NCBI RefSeq assembly: GCF_001194135.2
Contig: NC_069000.1
Span: 36,143,372-36,195,732 of the forward strand
Source of the DNA: Octopus bimaculoides
Lineage: Eukaryota
DNA: 52,361 nucleotides
Direction of reading: 5' to 3'
Part shown: positions 1 through 12,723 of the stretch, piece after piece
How the letters are laid out: each line of letters starts with the position of its first letter
Numbering within the stretch: the first letter of the stretch is position 1
Notes under the pieces: generated by a model
The model's input: the letters and a program-made list of their open reading frames with translations, nothing else
Database searches by the model: none
Told to the model about the DNA's origin: nothing
Translations under genes and position numbers: made by a program

Positions 1-280
1 TGAAGTCTCCAGCCACAAAGAGAAGGTCCCTGTCACTCGTCGACGAGGTAGTTTGCAAGAGGGTGTCATAGAATTGGTCTTTCAGACCATCTGGTAGCCC
101 AGGTTGAGGTGCATAGGCTGAGATGACAGTAGCTAATCTATGATGAAGCACTAGTCTGATCTTAAGTACTCTGTCACTTACTCTAACGACCTCGATTACC
201 TTATCCACCCATTTCTCCGCTAGAAGTATTCCTACGCCCCCGACCCCGTCAGTGTTCCCTGCCCAGAAAATCTTGTACCT
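1..280 (-). mobile_element. RTE-clade LINE fragment, AP-endonuclease region (frameshifted)
   Basis: Manual minus-strand translation gives YKIFWAGNTDGVG/GVGILLAEKWVDKVIEVVRVSDRVLKIRLVLHHRLATVISAYAPQPGLPDGLKDQFYDTLLQTTSSTSDRDLLFVAGDF, with the SAYAP and GDF motifs of APE domains and one 1-nt frameshift. Confidence 0.85.
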
Positions 281-299
281 GTGTTCTTTGCCTGTGAGG

Positions 300-680
300 A
301 ACCTTGCAGAACCTCCTCTCCATCTTACTTCCTGGATGCAGCACATATATAAACTTTGGCATTAAAAGCTACACAAATGCCAGAATGGGTCGCCATTACA
401 CAGTGCCCAATATCCTAGCAATGCCATCGCACTTCAGGACAAGTTACTGCAACAGCTTGGGTTTCAAGGGGACCACAGCTTTTTAATATTCTCCCAAAGA
501 GCCTGATGGACCTACACAAAGTGGATGTTGGAGCTTTCAAATCAAAACTGGATCTCTTCCTGTCAAGAGTCCCAGATGAACCTACCTCACGCCAGGAATT
601 GCAAATGAGGGTAGCAACATCAAACTCCCTTATTCACCAAATTCCACATATTAGAGGTGGCTCTCAGTAATAACAGTGTA
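300..680 (+). mobile_element. CR1/L2-type LINE ORF2 C-terminal fragment
   Basis: Degenerate translation ...SYCNSLGFKG.QLFNILPKSL.DLHKVDVGAFKSKLDLFLSRVPDEP resembles the end of CR1-group ORF2 (FK..LD.FL..VPD.P). Confidence 0.7.
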
Positions 681-774
681 GCAAAACAGCCGTGCCTCAG
701 CATGTTCACAGCTTTGAGGTTAAATTGATTACAATCAGAATCTCAATCAAATCGAAATGAAAATGGAATTTGTA

Positions 775-1340
775 GTTGTGGCTGATGCCAGTGCCACCTG
801 ACTGGCACCCGTGCTGATGGCACGCAACAAGCACCATTCATTCGTGGGTCATTGCCAGTGCCATCTGACTGGCTCCCCGTGCCAGTGACACGTAAAAAGC
901 ACCATCTGAACGTGGTTGATGCCAGCCTCCCCCGTCATCCCAGCCACGACTGACTCCTCTGCTGGTAGCATGTAAAATGCACCATCCAAATGTGACTGAT
1001 ACCAGTGCCGCCTGACTGGCTCCTGTACCGGTGGCACGTAAAAAGTACCCACTACACTCAAAGAGTGTTTGGCATTAGGAAGGGTTAGTAGTAACAAGCT
1101 TGTAACACATTCAATCCCACTGTGTGACACCTTGGGCAAGTATCTTCTACTATAGCCTTGGGCAGACCAAATCATTGCGAGTGGATTTGGTAGACAGAAA
1201 CTGAAAGAAGCCTGCTGTAAGTATGTTTTTGCCAGATCAGATTGGAGCCTGAAGCAGCCTCCTGGCTTGCCAGTCCCCAGTCAAACCTTCCAACCCATGC
1301 CAGCATGGAAAACGGACATTAAACAATGATGATGATGATA
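775..1340 (+). mobile_element. RTE-family 3' UTR/tail fragment with internal modules and a (GAT)n end, interrupted by a SINE piece (~1118-1220)
   Basis: Repeated ggcacgtaaaaagcacc modules, then ...aacccatgccagcatggaaaacggacattaaac-(gat)n. The same tail follows RT-coding sequence at 46040-48135. Confidence 0.75.
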
Positions 1341-4300
1341 ATTTATATGTATATATATAAATATATAAATAAAAAATATTTTAGAGAATCCTGAGAGAAT
1401 TTCCTATCTAAAGCAGAACCTGAATGTACATCATTATTTTTTTTGTTTTGTTTCTCTTTACTTCTATTTTTAAGATTGATTTTATTTATAATNNNNNNNN
1501 NNNNNNNNNNNNNNNNNNNNNNNNNNNNNNNNNNNNNNNNNNNNNNNNNNNNNNNNNNNNNNNNNNNNNNNNNNNNNNNNNNNNNNNNNNNNNNNNNNNN
1601 NNNNNNNNNNNNNNNNNNNNNNNNNNNNNNNNNNNNNNNNNNNNNNNNNNNNNNNNNNNNNNNNNNNNNNNNNNNNNNNNNNNNNNNNNNNNNNNNNNNN
1701 NNNNNNNNNNNNNNNNNNNNNNNNNNNNNNNNNNNNNNNNNNNNNNNNNNNNNNNNNNNNNNNNNNNNNNNNNNNNNNNNNNNNNNNNNNNNNNNNNNNN
1801 NNNNNNNNNNNNNNNNNNNNNNNNNNNNNNNNNNNNNNNNNNNNNNNNNNNNNNNNNNNNNNNNNNNNNNNNNNNNNNNNNNNNNNNNNNNNNNNNNNNN
1901 NNNNNNNNNNNNNNNNNNNNNNNNNNNNNNNNNNNNNNNNNNNNNNNNNNNNNNNNNNNNNNNNNNNNNNNNNNNNNNNNNNNNNNNNNNNNNNNNNNNN
2001 NNNNNNNNNNNNNNNNNNNNNNNNNNNNNNNNNNNNNNNNNNNNNNNNNTATGTAATTATTTTACTTGTTTCAGGCATTTGACTGGGGCCATGCATCCCT
2101 GTGAAATACATTCCTGTGAAAGAGCAACCTCTTTCCATTGAAAACTTCATTATATATATATATAACACTCATTATATATATATATATATACAGAGAGAGA
2201 GAGAGAGAGGTTATGAGAGGTAATGGTGTCAATAAGACCCAAAGGTGTCAGGTACTGCTGAGTAAGTGCTATGGATAGACCATAGTTAAGCTCCAGGTTC
2301 GGTGATTATGCGAATGAGGAGTCCAACGTAGGTCATATATCAGCGTGTGAATATATAAAAGAAATTAACAGAATGAGATAAAAATCCAAGGCTTTGAAAG
2401 ATTTCAGATCATTTATAAATAGAAGGTCTTATAGCTGTTTCCTGGATATTTTATATATCCCTTCATCGGAGATGGTGTGAGAAATATCCACAGAAAAGAG
2501 AAAAGATTATAAAAATTATTTTAAAATATTAAAAAATAAAAATGATATATGTGCCTGTGAAATCTTGTATCCCAGCTGTAAGGCCTTATTTCCACACAAG
2601 CCAGCTTAATTTTATTCGTTCTTAGTCGAAAGACATCTGTTTTTTGTCCTGTTATTATTCCTACTGTATTTGTGTAACAATGTTCGTTTTTTCTGTTCTT
2701 GTTTTTGTATACATTTGCTGCTTACTTCCAAGGAATCTAATGCTCTTAGCTTAGTTTCTCCTTGGGGCTGGCCAGATTGGAGCAACATCGAGAATAACCA
2801 GCCGAAATTGCAAGGATAATCTGGATCTCGACTGAAGAGAGAAAACTCTAAATGACCTGTCTGTGTTTTCTTTGTATCGTCTATCTGGATGTTTTGCCCC
2901 TTTCTTGTATCACCTAACTGTCTGGATGTTTTGCATTCTTGTCCCATTCTGTATTATTTNNNNNNNNNNNNNNNNNNNNNNNNNNNNNNNNNNNNNNNNN
3001 NNNNNNNNNNNNNNNNNNNNNNNNNNNNNNNNNNNNNNNNNNNNNNNNNNNNNNNNNNNNNNNNNNNNNNTATATATATAGTGGCGTACGTACACCTTGT
3101 CTCTTATATGTGAGTATACATTTTTCTAAATCTTGTACGACTCTATTTCTGTCTATCAGCCCCTTCACCCTTATTCGTTCATTCCACTGTTCGTTCTTTC
3201 GTTCCCCCTCGCTCACATTTCCTTGCCTTCTCTTCTCCCTCCACTTTTCACTTCACTGTCATTTTTTCTCACTTCTCCTTAATTCGTTTGACCCTCTGCC
3301 TCTACCTCTCTCTTCTCTTCCCACGTGACTGGTGTTTGGCCAAGCCTAACCTTTCTTTCTTGGGCGGCCGTTGTGCATGCAACCGAGTGATTGGTGCTTC
3401 TATCTGCTTCATTAGACACATCCATCACAGTGAAAGTGATCTCCTAAATGCAATATGCTTATGTCTATGCACACACTGGACGCTGTTCCTGCACCCAACC
3501 TGTTCTTGTTAAGCCTCCCCTCTCTCATCTTCCTGACACTCATCCCTCTATCACTCTTCTAACAATGCACTGATCAGCAGTTGTAAACACACAAGAGTAG
3601 AATCTGTACATATTTTTATCTCCTTTTCACTGCCCACCCCCTGGAACCACTTCCCTTAACTTCCATCCCTCATTCTCTATATCAGCCCTTTCCACTTTAT
3701 CTTCTACTGATCACCCCTTTTTGCACCCCCAGTTATCTCTTCCTCTCCTCATACCTCATCTTAAACAGCCTCTCATATCTGTTATCACTCTCAACACCCC
3801 ATATCTGCTCTCAACCACCCCACCTTTGTTCTCCTCTTACTATAGCTGCTCCTATGTATCTCTGACTGCCATCTCTGTCCCTATACATCTCTTTTTTTTC
3901 ACTCAGGACATCATGTTCCTTTTTTCTGATCCATCTGGAGTAGTATTTCTCAACCATTTTTTGTCTATGGACCCCTTTGATCTGGCCCACACTTCTTCAC
4001 TCTGTTCACTTTTGATGATGGACCTTTGTACCTGAATTATACAAAAGTCACTAAATTTTTCTTGTTTTCACATTATCAAAAAGCTTTCCATCTTCATTAC
4101 TTTGTTATTTAACTTATATATATATATTTGTACTTATGTATAACGATGACCACTAAAGTGGACATTTAATGTGCTAGAAGAAGATCACATGTTGTGTCTA
4201 CTAAGATCTAATGGTTCTCAAAAGTGGTCATCGTTATATATAAACATATACTTTAACCGCCCCTAAGATCTCAGATATTTTATCTGAATCTCTCTGATTC

Positions 4301-4397
4301 TTTAAATGTGCTAGCTTCCTGGTAATAAATTGATATTAATTAATATCTGATTTTTTACCCTATGTTTTAATCTTATATTTATACTTATGTATTTCAG

Positions 4398-4484
4398 ACA
4401 AATAATGAAACATTAATTACACTTGATCTGCGGTGGTGTCTTATCTGTGATAAAGGCGGTCATGCATTGGCTAAAGGTCTGAAG
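4398..4484 (+). CDS. LRR gene exon: [29 protein letters not shown]
   Basis: atttcag|ACA...AAG|gttggt; 87 nt; LxxLDLxW LRR. Confidence 0.85.
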
Positions 4485-7400
4485 GTTGGTGTACTTTGGA
4501 ACTGCTAGACGATATATAAAAGGCACTTCACTGTTAGATTATCTTATCAAATTTAAACAGTGCAGCCTAAAGGGTTAAAGTATCATTTTGCATTTGCTAA
4601 TTTTAACAATGATGAAAATAACTAAATATATACCCGGGCATATGGCGTAGTGGTTTAGAGTGCGGACTACTCACCCCAAGATTCCGAGATAGTAATATAT
4701 GTTTAAATGTTTGATAAGATAATAACAAACATAAATGGTTTAAAGTTTGGTAATATAAGAGTTTTTATAAAAAAAAAAAATTTTAAAGAGCAAGAGAAAG
4801 AGATGGTGAGAAAGAAAAGTTTTTTTTTTTTACATTTTCTGTCACAGTGCATGTTTTTCATCAATTTCTGTCGTAGTACATAAGTTCTGAAACAGAAAAA
4901 GACAACATTAACTTTCAACAGCCTTCCCATATCAAGAAAGCTTTGTTCCAAGTCTGGGCCAAATATTGAAAAAATTGTAAATTCACTTTCTGGGACATTA
5001 TCAAAAAACAGCAACAAAGCTCAACTCAACTCCCTATATTCTCCCCAGAAAGCTGCAAATTAAAGCCATCCCAAACGAACCAAGAAAACAGAGAAAACAA
5101 GGAAAAAATGGTTCTGGATAACTTCAAAATGGAGCTAAAACTCCTTAGACTTGGAGATCAGTCTCACAAAGAAAAAAATACAGTTGATGAAGAGATGGAG
5201 GTAGAAATTGCAGCAAAGAAAGCCAAAAGTGAAACAAAGTTGTGAAAATGAGGGAGTGATTTCTCTTCAAAGATGGGAGAAAAACCATGATTGGTTTAAT
5301 TACTATGAGGAAAAGTTTAAAGAAGAACATCAATCAGATAATCCTTTCTTGAAGAAAATTTTAAAAATCACAAATCCCACACAACCAGAGCAAAGTCACT
5401 ACTGGAAAAAAAAACCCTCAAATACTCATCTGAAAACAAAGAATAACCAATAGCCTCTCCAGAGCACCATGAAATAACAATCCAGATACTCATTATAGAC
5501 ACGGGGTGGGATATTTTAATGCTCCCTTCTCCACTAGACAAAATACCCTCAAAGTTATACAAAAGCTAGCTCAACTGGAAGGTACAAAAACCTCTCTCAC
5601 CCCAGAAGATCCTCACATCCCAGGTATAGCATCTCTCATAATAATTATTTCAGACAGAACTAATGGAGAAACAGGGGCCTCCCTTACTCAAGGCCCTTCC
5701 ACTCTGTCATGTGTCTATCTGAACATTCTCCATGCCCTCACATATCTTCTTTACTTGCCTTCCCAGCCTCTCCAATTTCCTTCACCATCACCTGCTACAG
5801 TCATGTCATCCCCATTGCTAAACATATCCCATCACACTCTCATGGACCTTCTTTCTCGATCCCCACTTCACTACTTTTACACCTCCCCCACTGTTCCCTC
5901 TGATATATCTTCACACCAACTATTTCTCTCTCTTTCACTTTGACTGTCCCTCTATCATTTTCCACAACTCTTTCCCAATTTCCTTCTTCTTTCTTGTCCT
6001 ATTGGGGTAGCCAAGTATCTCCTCTATACTAAGATAACTATCTCTGTCCCTCTAACATACTCCAACCTTTTGTCTGGCACACAGCCACTCTCCTTGGTTC
6101 CAGTTACTCTCTCAACTAAGAGGTCTTTGTCTTGCAAGTTACTTGGCAACCCTGCTAACAGTATTATGTAAAAGGCACTTGTGCCAGTGACATGTAAAAG
6201 AACATGTGCTGGTGGCATGTAAATGGCACCCGTGTTGGTCACGCACTGAAGTCATCTATGCTTGTGACACATAAAAGGCATCCATGTTGGTGACAATTAA
6301 AAAGCACCCAGTAGAGTGGCTGGCATTAAGGAAGGGCATCCAGCTATAGAAACCATGCCAAAACAGACAACTGGAACCTGATTCAACTCTCCAGCTCACC
6401 AGCTCCAGTCAAACTGTCTAACCCATGCTAGCATGGAAAACGGACATTAAATGATGATGTTAATGATGATGATGATGACATCATTGACTCACCTCTTTCT
6501 AATTGAGAAATTCTTATTTCTTTATTGCCCACAAAGGGCTAAACATAGAGGGGGCAAACAAGGACTGACAAAGGGATTAAGTCGATTACATCGACCCCAG
6601 TGTGTAACTGGTACTTAATTTATCAACCCCAAAAGGATGAAAGGCAAAGTCGACCTCGGTGGAATTTGAACTCAGAACGTAGCGGCAGACGAAATACCAA
6701 TAAGCATTTCGCTCGGCGTACTGACGTTTCTGCCAGCTCACTGCCTTGCGAGCTGGCAGAAATTCTGTGGGAGGTTGACTTTGCCTTTCATCCTTTTGGA
6801 TACAATAAGTATTAGTTGAGTACTGCAGTTGATGTAATCGATTTACTCTCTCCCATGAAATTGCTGGTTTTGTGCCAATTTGAAACCAATATTGTACATT
6901 ATTATGCATTAATGTATTTGGATCAGCATCCTTCAATTACTAAAACCATCTGGCAGTTCACTGCAAACTGCCAGGAATATCAGTTCCCTGTCATCCCTTT
7001 TTAGGCCTCACAGAGGGGATGACAGGGTACGGAGACACCTGGCTGTGCTTGAGAAGACAGATCAAGCAAAGTAAACTTGTGGTTCCCCTTGCATACAGGT
7101 ATGTCCCCTGCATCCCTCTCCAGTTGAGTGTCCCTAATCTTGTGGGCTCATGGGTGCTGGTGCCACATAAAAAGCACCCATACTGGTGCCATGTAAAAGC
7201 ACCCATGCCAGTGCTGCAAAAAAGCACCTGATACACTCTCTAAAGTGATTGGCATTAGGAAGGGCAGCATGGAAAATGGATGGTAAATGATGATGAGAAT
7301 GACCTCTTTCCTATCTAAACACTTCCCCTAACATTCTAATGAAAATTTCCCCTCTGTCCTTCCACCACCTCCAATTCTCTGTATTACTTCACCTATAGTC

Positions 7401-10400
7401 TCCCCTACTGTACCTTGAGGGTATCTCCACCACCATCTCTCCTACGCTCTCTGTCTCTGAAATTGGGATGTCTTTTATGCCATCAAATATAATAATCATT
7501 TTTGTTTGATGCTACGTAGTCTTATTTTTTATCTTCTATTTTTTTTTCTTTACTTTGTCAACAGAGAAATGTCAGTCTCAAAGTTTTAGACATTAGCTGG
7601 AATGGCCTAGGAGAACGTGGATTAAAGAGTCTTGCATTAGCTCTAGCTTATAACAACTGCCTTAAAGTTATCAATTTGGCGTAAGTGATTCCTTTTACCA
7701 GCTTATTTGATAAACTCTTTTGGTGAAACATTCCAATTCTCATTTAATCAAACAGTTGAATCTTTTATCTATTTCAGTCAGTAGACTGTGGCCACGCTGA
7801 AGCACCACCTTGAAGAACTTTTAGTTGAATGAGTCAACCCCAGTACTTGTATTTTTTAAGCCTGGTACTGTTCTAACAGAATCTCTGTTTGCTGAACAGC
7901 TAGGTTACAGGGACATAAACAAACCAACACCAGTTGTCAAGTGGAGGTGGGGAGACAAACAGACACAATAACACATACACGCACACACACACACACACAC
8001 ACATCAAGCTTTTTTCAATTTCCATCTATCAAATCCACTCACAAGGCTTTGGGACTGAACCCAGAACCTTGTGGTTGGGAAGCAAGCTCCTTACCACACA
8101 GTCACAACTGTGCCTATATCTAGATTTTTTTTTTTAAGTTTTATTCTTTCTATTTGTTTATTTATTTTGTGAATAGAATTTATTTTCGATTTCATGTACA
8201 AATAGTATTATTTTTTACTGTTAGCTTTTACTTGTTTCAGTTGTTGGACTGCGACCATGCTGGGGCACTGCCTCAAAGGCTTTTAGGTGAACAAATTGCT
8301 CCACAGTATCTATTTATCTTTTAAGTCTGAAGCTTATTCTATTGATCTCTAAGTTGCTGCTAAGTTACAGAGAGATAAGCAATCAAACACTGGTTGTCAA
8401 GTGGTGACGGGTGGAACAAACAAACACACATTTGCACACGCACACACAGATGCACACACACATGTATATATACACAATGGGCTTCTTTCAGTTTTTTATT
8501 TCTTTATTGCCCACAAGGGGCTAAACATAGAGGGGACAAAGACAGACAGACAAAAGGACTAAGTCGATTACATCGACCCCAGTGCATAACTGGTACTTAA
8601 TTTATCGACCCCCAAAAGGATGAAAGGCAAAGTCGACCTTGGCGGAATTTGAACTCAGAACGTAACGGCAGACGAAATACCGCTAAGCATTTCGCCTGGC
8701 TCCACACAGTTTCTGTCTACCAAATTCACTTACAGGGCTTTGGTTGGCCTGGAGCTATAGTAAAAAACACTGTACAGTGGGGCTGAACCCAAAACCATGT
8801 GGTTGCAAAACAAGCTTCTTAGGCACATGGTCATTCTTGCACCTATTGAGACAAATAATTTTGTTTCTTTAAGGAAACTAACAAAGTCTATAACAGAACA
8901 GTCTATAACTGCATGTACTTAAGAGGAATGAAGAGTGCATTTGCAGATGATGACAATATATTGGGTTGATTCATAAATAATTTCTAATTTTGTTAAACAC
9001 CTTTACTCATGAAAAATTTTACAAAGAATCATTTCCAATTATCAGTATAGTTACCATTATTTTGAATGACCTCTTGGCATTTAGCAGGTCGCTTTTTAAT
9101 TCCTCTCCAGTAAAATTCAGCAGGCCTCAACATGAAGAAGCTTTCCACACACATTTTCACCTGATTTTCTTGAGAAAGTTTTTTCCCTATCAGAACATTT
9201 TGTAGAGAGTGAAGAAGATGGAAACCAGTTGGTGCAAGGTTCAGTAAATATGGTGAATGGAGTAGAACACACCAGTCCAAATCCAGTATTTTATCTTGCG
9301 TGATCCTTGCTGAATGTGGTCTTGCATTATCATGGAGAAGCACAATGATTCTTGTATTGATGAGTGCAGAGCATTTTCTTAAAAGATTTTCATGCACATG
9401 TTGTGGCTGTTGAGAGTATATGTCAGCTTTAGTGTTTGATTACAGTTTAAAAACTCAAAATGAATGATACTGCAGTGATTCCACCATACACACAGCATAA
9501 CCTTCCTTCTATAGAGCTCAGCCTTTGAGATAAGTTGTGGAGATTTATCCTTGTCAGTCCACTGGCTTTTGCATTGAACATTGTAATAAAAGACCCATTT
9601 TCCATCACCTGTAATGATATTGAGAAACGGGTCATTTTTCTACCTTGAAAGAAGACTTGTCCCTTTGGACATGTGATCTTCCCTATTCTTCTCACTAAGA
9701 ATATGAGGAATTCAAACGCCCTGCTAGCTGACTTTTCCTACCTTTTCAAAGTGGTGGCAGATGGTAGATTGAGATGTGTTGAGGTCAACTGCTAATTCCC
9801 AAGTACTTTTACGAGGATTAAATTCCACTAATTCTCTTAAAGAATTATGATTGATGTCTGATGAGCCTCATCTCTTAATGACAAATCTCTGGAATGAAAA
9901 TTTGAAAACCAATTTTGCATTTGTTGGTTAGTAATGACACCTTGGCCATAAATACTGCATATTTTCCCAGCTGTTTCTGTGGTGCTTTATCCATTCTTAA
10001 ACTCTCACAACATCACATGTTAAACATGCACTTCCAGATCATCCATCTTAGTGGGGTGAAATTTGATATTAAACTATGATGTGCACACTTTCACTGCTTG
10101 AATACAAAAAAAAGTTAGAATCAAAAAAAAGTTAAATGCTAAGAAATTGGGGTGCGGTGGGGTTGGGAGAAATAAAAATTTTGAAAGTGTGATTTTTTGG
10201 CAAAATCATTTTCTCCTATATCGAAAACATAGAAATTGGAAAAAGTTTTTGAAAAAAAACCCCCACTGGAAATGGGTGGTGTACACATGCTTTACCTTCG
10301 CCTACATGTGCATACAGACATGTGTTTGCATGTATGTGTGTGTGCATACATGAAGGTGTTAAGAAGTGAACCGACAGATTTGTAAGAGAGTCAGATAGAA

Positions 10401-12688
10401 TGACTGACTTCTTTTATCTTTTACCTTTTATTGTTTCAATCATTAGATTGTGGCCATGCTGGGGCACTGTGCTGAAGAAGTTTTAGTCAAATGAATCAAC
10501 CCCAGTACCTTTTTTTTTCAGCCTGGTACTTATTCTATCAGTCTCTTTTGCCAAACTGCTAAGTTATGGGAATGTTTACACACCAACACTAGTTGTCAAG
10601 CAGTGGTGGGGGACAAACACACACACACACGTACACACACAAACGCACAAAGGGCTTATTTCAGTTTCCATCATCTAGATTCACTCACAAAGCATTGGTC
10701 AGCCCAAGGCTATTGTAGAAGACACTTGCCTTAGGTGCCACGCAGTAGAACTGAACCCAGAACCATATGATTAGGGAGCAGGCTTCTTATCACATGGCCA
10801 CTCTTGCAATATTTGTTTTGACCCTCTGCTCTGAGTTCAAATCCCACTTAGCCCTCAAGCTTCTCAGATCAGCTTAAAAAACCAACAAGTACCAACTCAG
10901 AATAGTGCATTGGTAGAATTGATAGGGTACTAGATAAGATGACTTGTGATTCCCCTCTGTGTTTTGATGGCAACACCTGCAATAATGCTGTTGTGGAGAT
11001 GTATTAGCCCAGTGCCCAGTGGTTCTCAGCTATTTTTTGCCTGTGGACTCCTTTGATTCCCATTTTATTCTACTGACCCTCAGCCATTCGATATCTAAAT
11101 AAAATCCTATAATGTTTTTACAATTGAAAGTTATTAAGAAGTGTATAAAAAAAAATTTGTTGAAATATTTTGTGCACTGTAGAAGTAAGACCAATTGTAG
11201 TGCACATAAATTTTAACAAAGTCTTATATAGAACCCCAAGGGCCATACAGACCCCGTTTGGGAACCACTTGATTAGCCCCTGCCTTACCCTTGGGCATCA
11301 TTGTTTGGTTGAAGAAGGAAGATTTGCATGCATAAGCAATTGTTAGTCCTCTACATATAAATGTGACCAGGCCTGCATCTTGTTGAGCAATGGTCAGGCA
11401 GGTGCAGAAACCCATGGCCATACATAACCAAAGGAAGCCCTTTGCCTTATGGTTAAGAAGTTCACTTCCCATGCAGATGATTTTAGGTTCAGTCCTACTG
11501 CAGGCCTCTTTTACTGTAACACTCCACTGATGTGTCCTGCCTCATGCAGTCCACTAATAAGTCATGCTTCATGTGGTCAACTGATGAGTCCTGCCTCGTG
11601 CAGTTCATTAATGATTTCTGCCCCACTGTGCTCCACTGATGAATCCTGCCTCATATAGTCCACCGATGAGTGCTGCCTCGTGTGGTCCACTGATGAATCC
11701 TGCCACATGCTGTCTACTGATGCATCCTGCCTCGTGCAATTCACTGATAATACCTGCCTCATGTAGAAAAGGTTGCTTGTGTCTGTTTTATACCAAAGTT
11801 ATTTACTTTCACCCATGGAGAAGAAGGAGGATAAATAAAGTTTACTTCCATGCACTCTATGAAAATAGTTTCAGTTGTTTTGATCTGATCATCTCTTTTT
11901 TTCTTCTTCTTTCTTCTTTCAGCAATAACAACTTGACAGCAAAAACAACAGTTCATCTTTCTAGAGCTTTAAAAAGAAACAAAAGCCTTGAAATTCTCAT
12001 AGTAAGTTGATTCACCTGAAATGCTACCATTTATCATGTAGGAAAAATATTAATATCCTCATGTCATAGACAATTGTTATTAGCAGGCTTATGAAATTTT
12101 GTCAAACAATTGCTTTTGCATGGACAATGAATGTGGGTATTCGCTGAGTCTATTGTGAAGATCATCCCACCACCTTTCTTTGTAAAGGGCAGGTTTATAT
12201 GTCTGTTGGCCTTTTTGAAAAAGTTGTATGGTGGACCATACTGAAAGGGCTGAAGACAAACACCTTCCTCTTTGGCCAAGCCCTCATCAACTTTTTAAAG
12301 TTTCACTTGAAAATAAAAATGGGAGTGAAGAGAGAAATGCTTGTCTTCCAGCAAATTTGTTGAGAGGTGGATGAGAGTGGCAAGGATAGTTCAAGTGAAT
12401 GGGCCTGCTCTGAGCATGCCCCAGTAGAATGAGGCTGGAAGAGGGAGAGGAGGAGAGGGCAGTTGTCCTAGTAGTCAGGGTGACCATGGTTATGCAGTGT
12501 TTCCACAAGAAGACCTTGGAATTCTCCCATCCTTTTGGTGTAATTATTCATTGCTAAAATTTTCTTGTTAATTCATTGTTTGTGGTGTAGATTTGTGCAT
12601 ACACCCCCCCTCAGTGTATTTCTTTCTCATGTATTTGTACTAATGTCTTTTTGTACCATTCTATGTGACCAATAAAGAAATAATAATA

Positions 12689-12723
<35 letters not shown>

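Noticed and set aside
3220-4030. Pyrimidine-rich ORFs (e.g. 3721-4035, 5506-5943, 44447-44905)
   Set aside because: These are low-complexity CT- or CA-rich tracts with biased L/S/P/H translation and no domain signal or splice support.
11524-11767. CRISPR-like or hammerhead array interpretation of the 27-bp repeat
   Set aside because: There are no unique spacers, the context is eukaryotic with no cas genes, and no GAAA half-core or stem II partner is present.
11639-11922. In-frame upstream extension of the LRR exon (ORF 11639-12010)
   Set aside because: It derives from the 9-codon minisatellite and a pyrimidine tract. A strong acceptor at 11921-11922 and phase match to the previous exon explain the exon.
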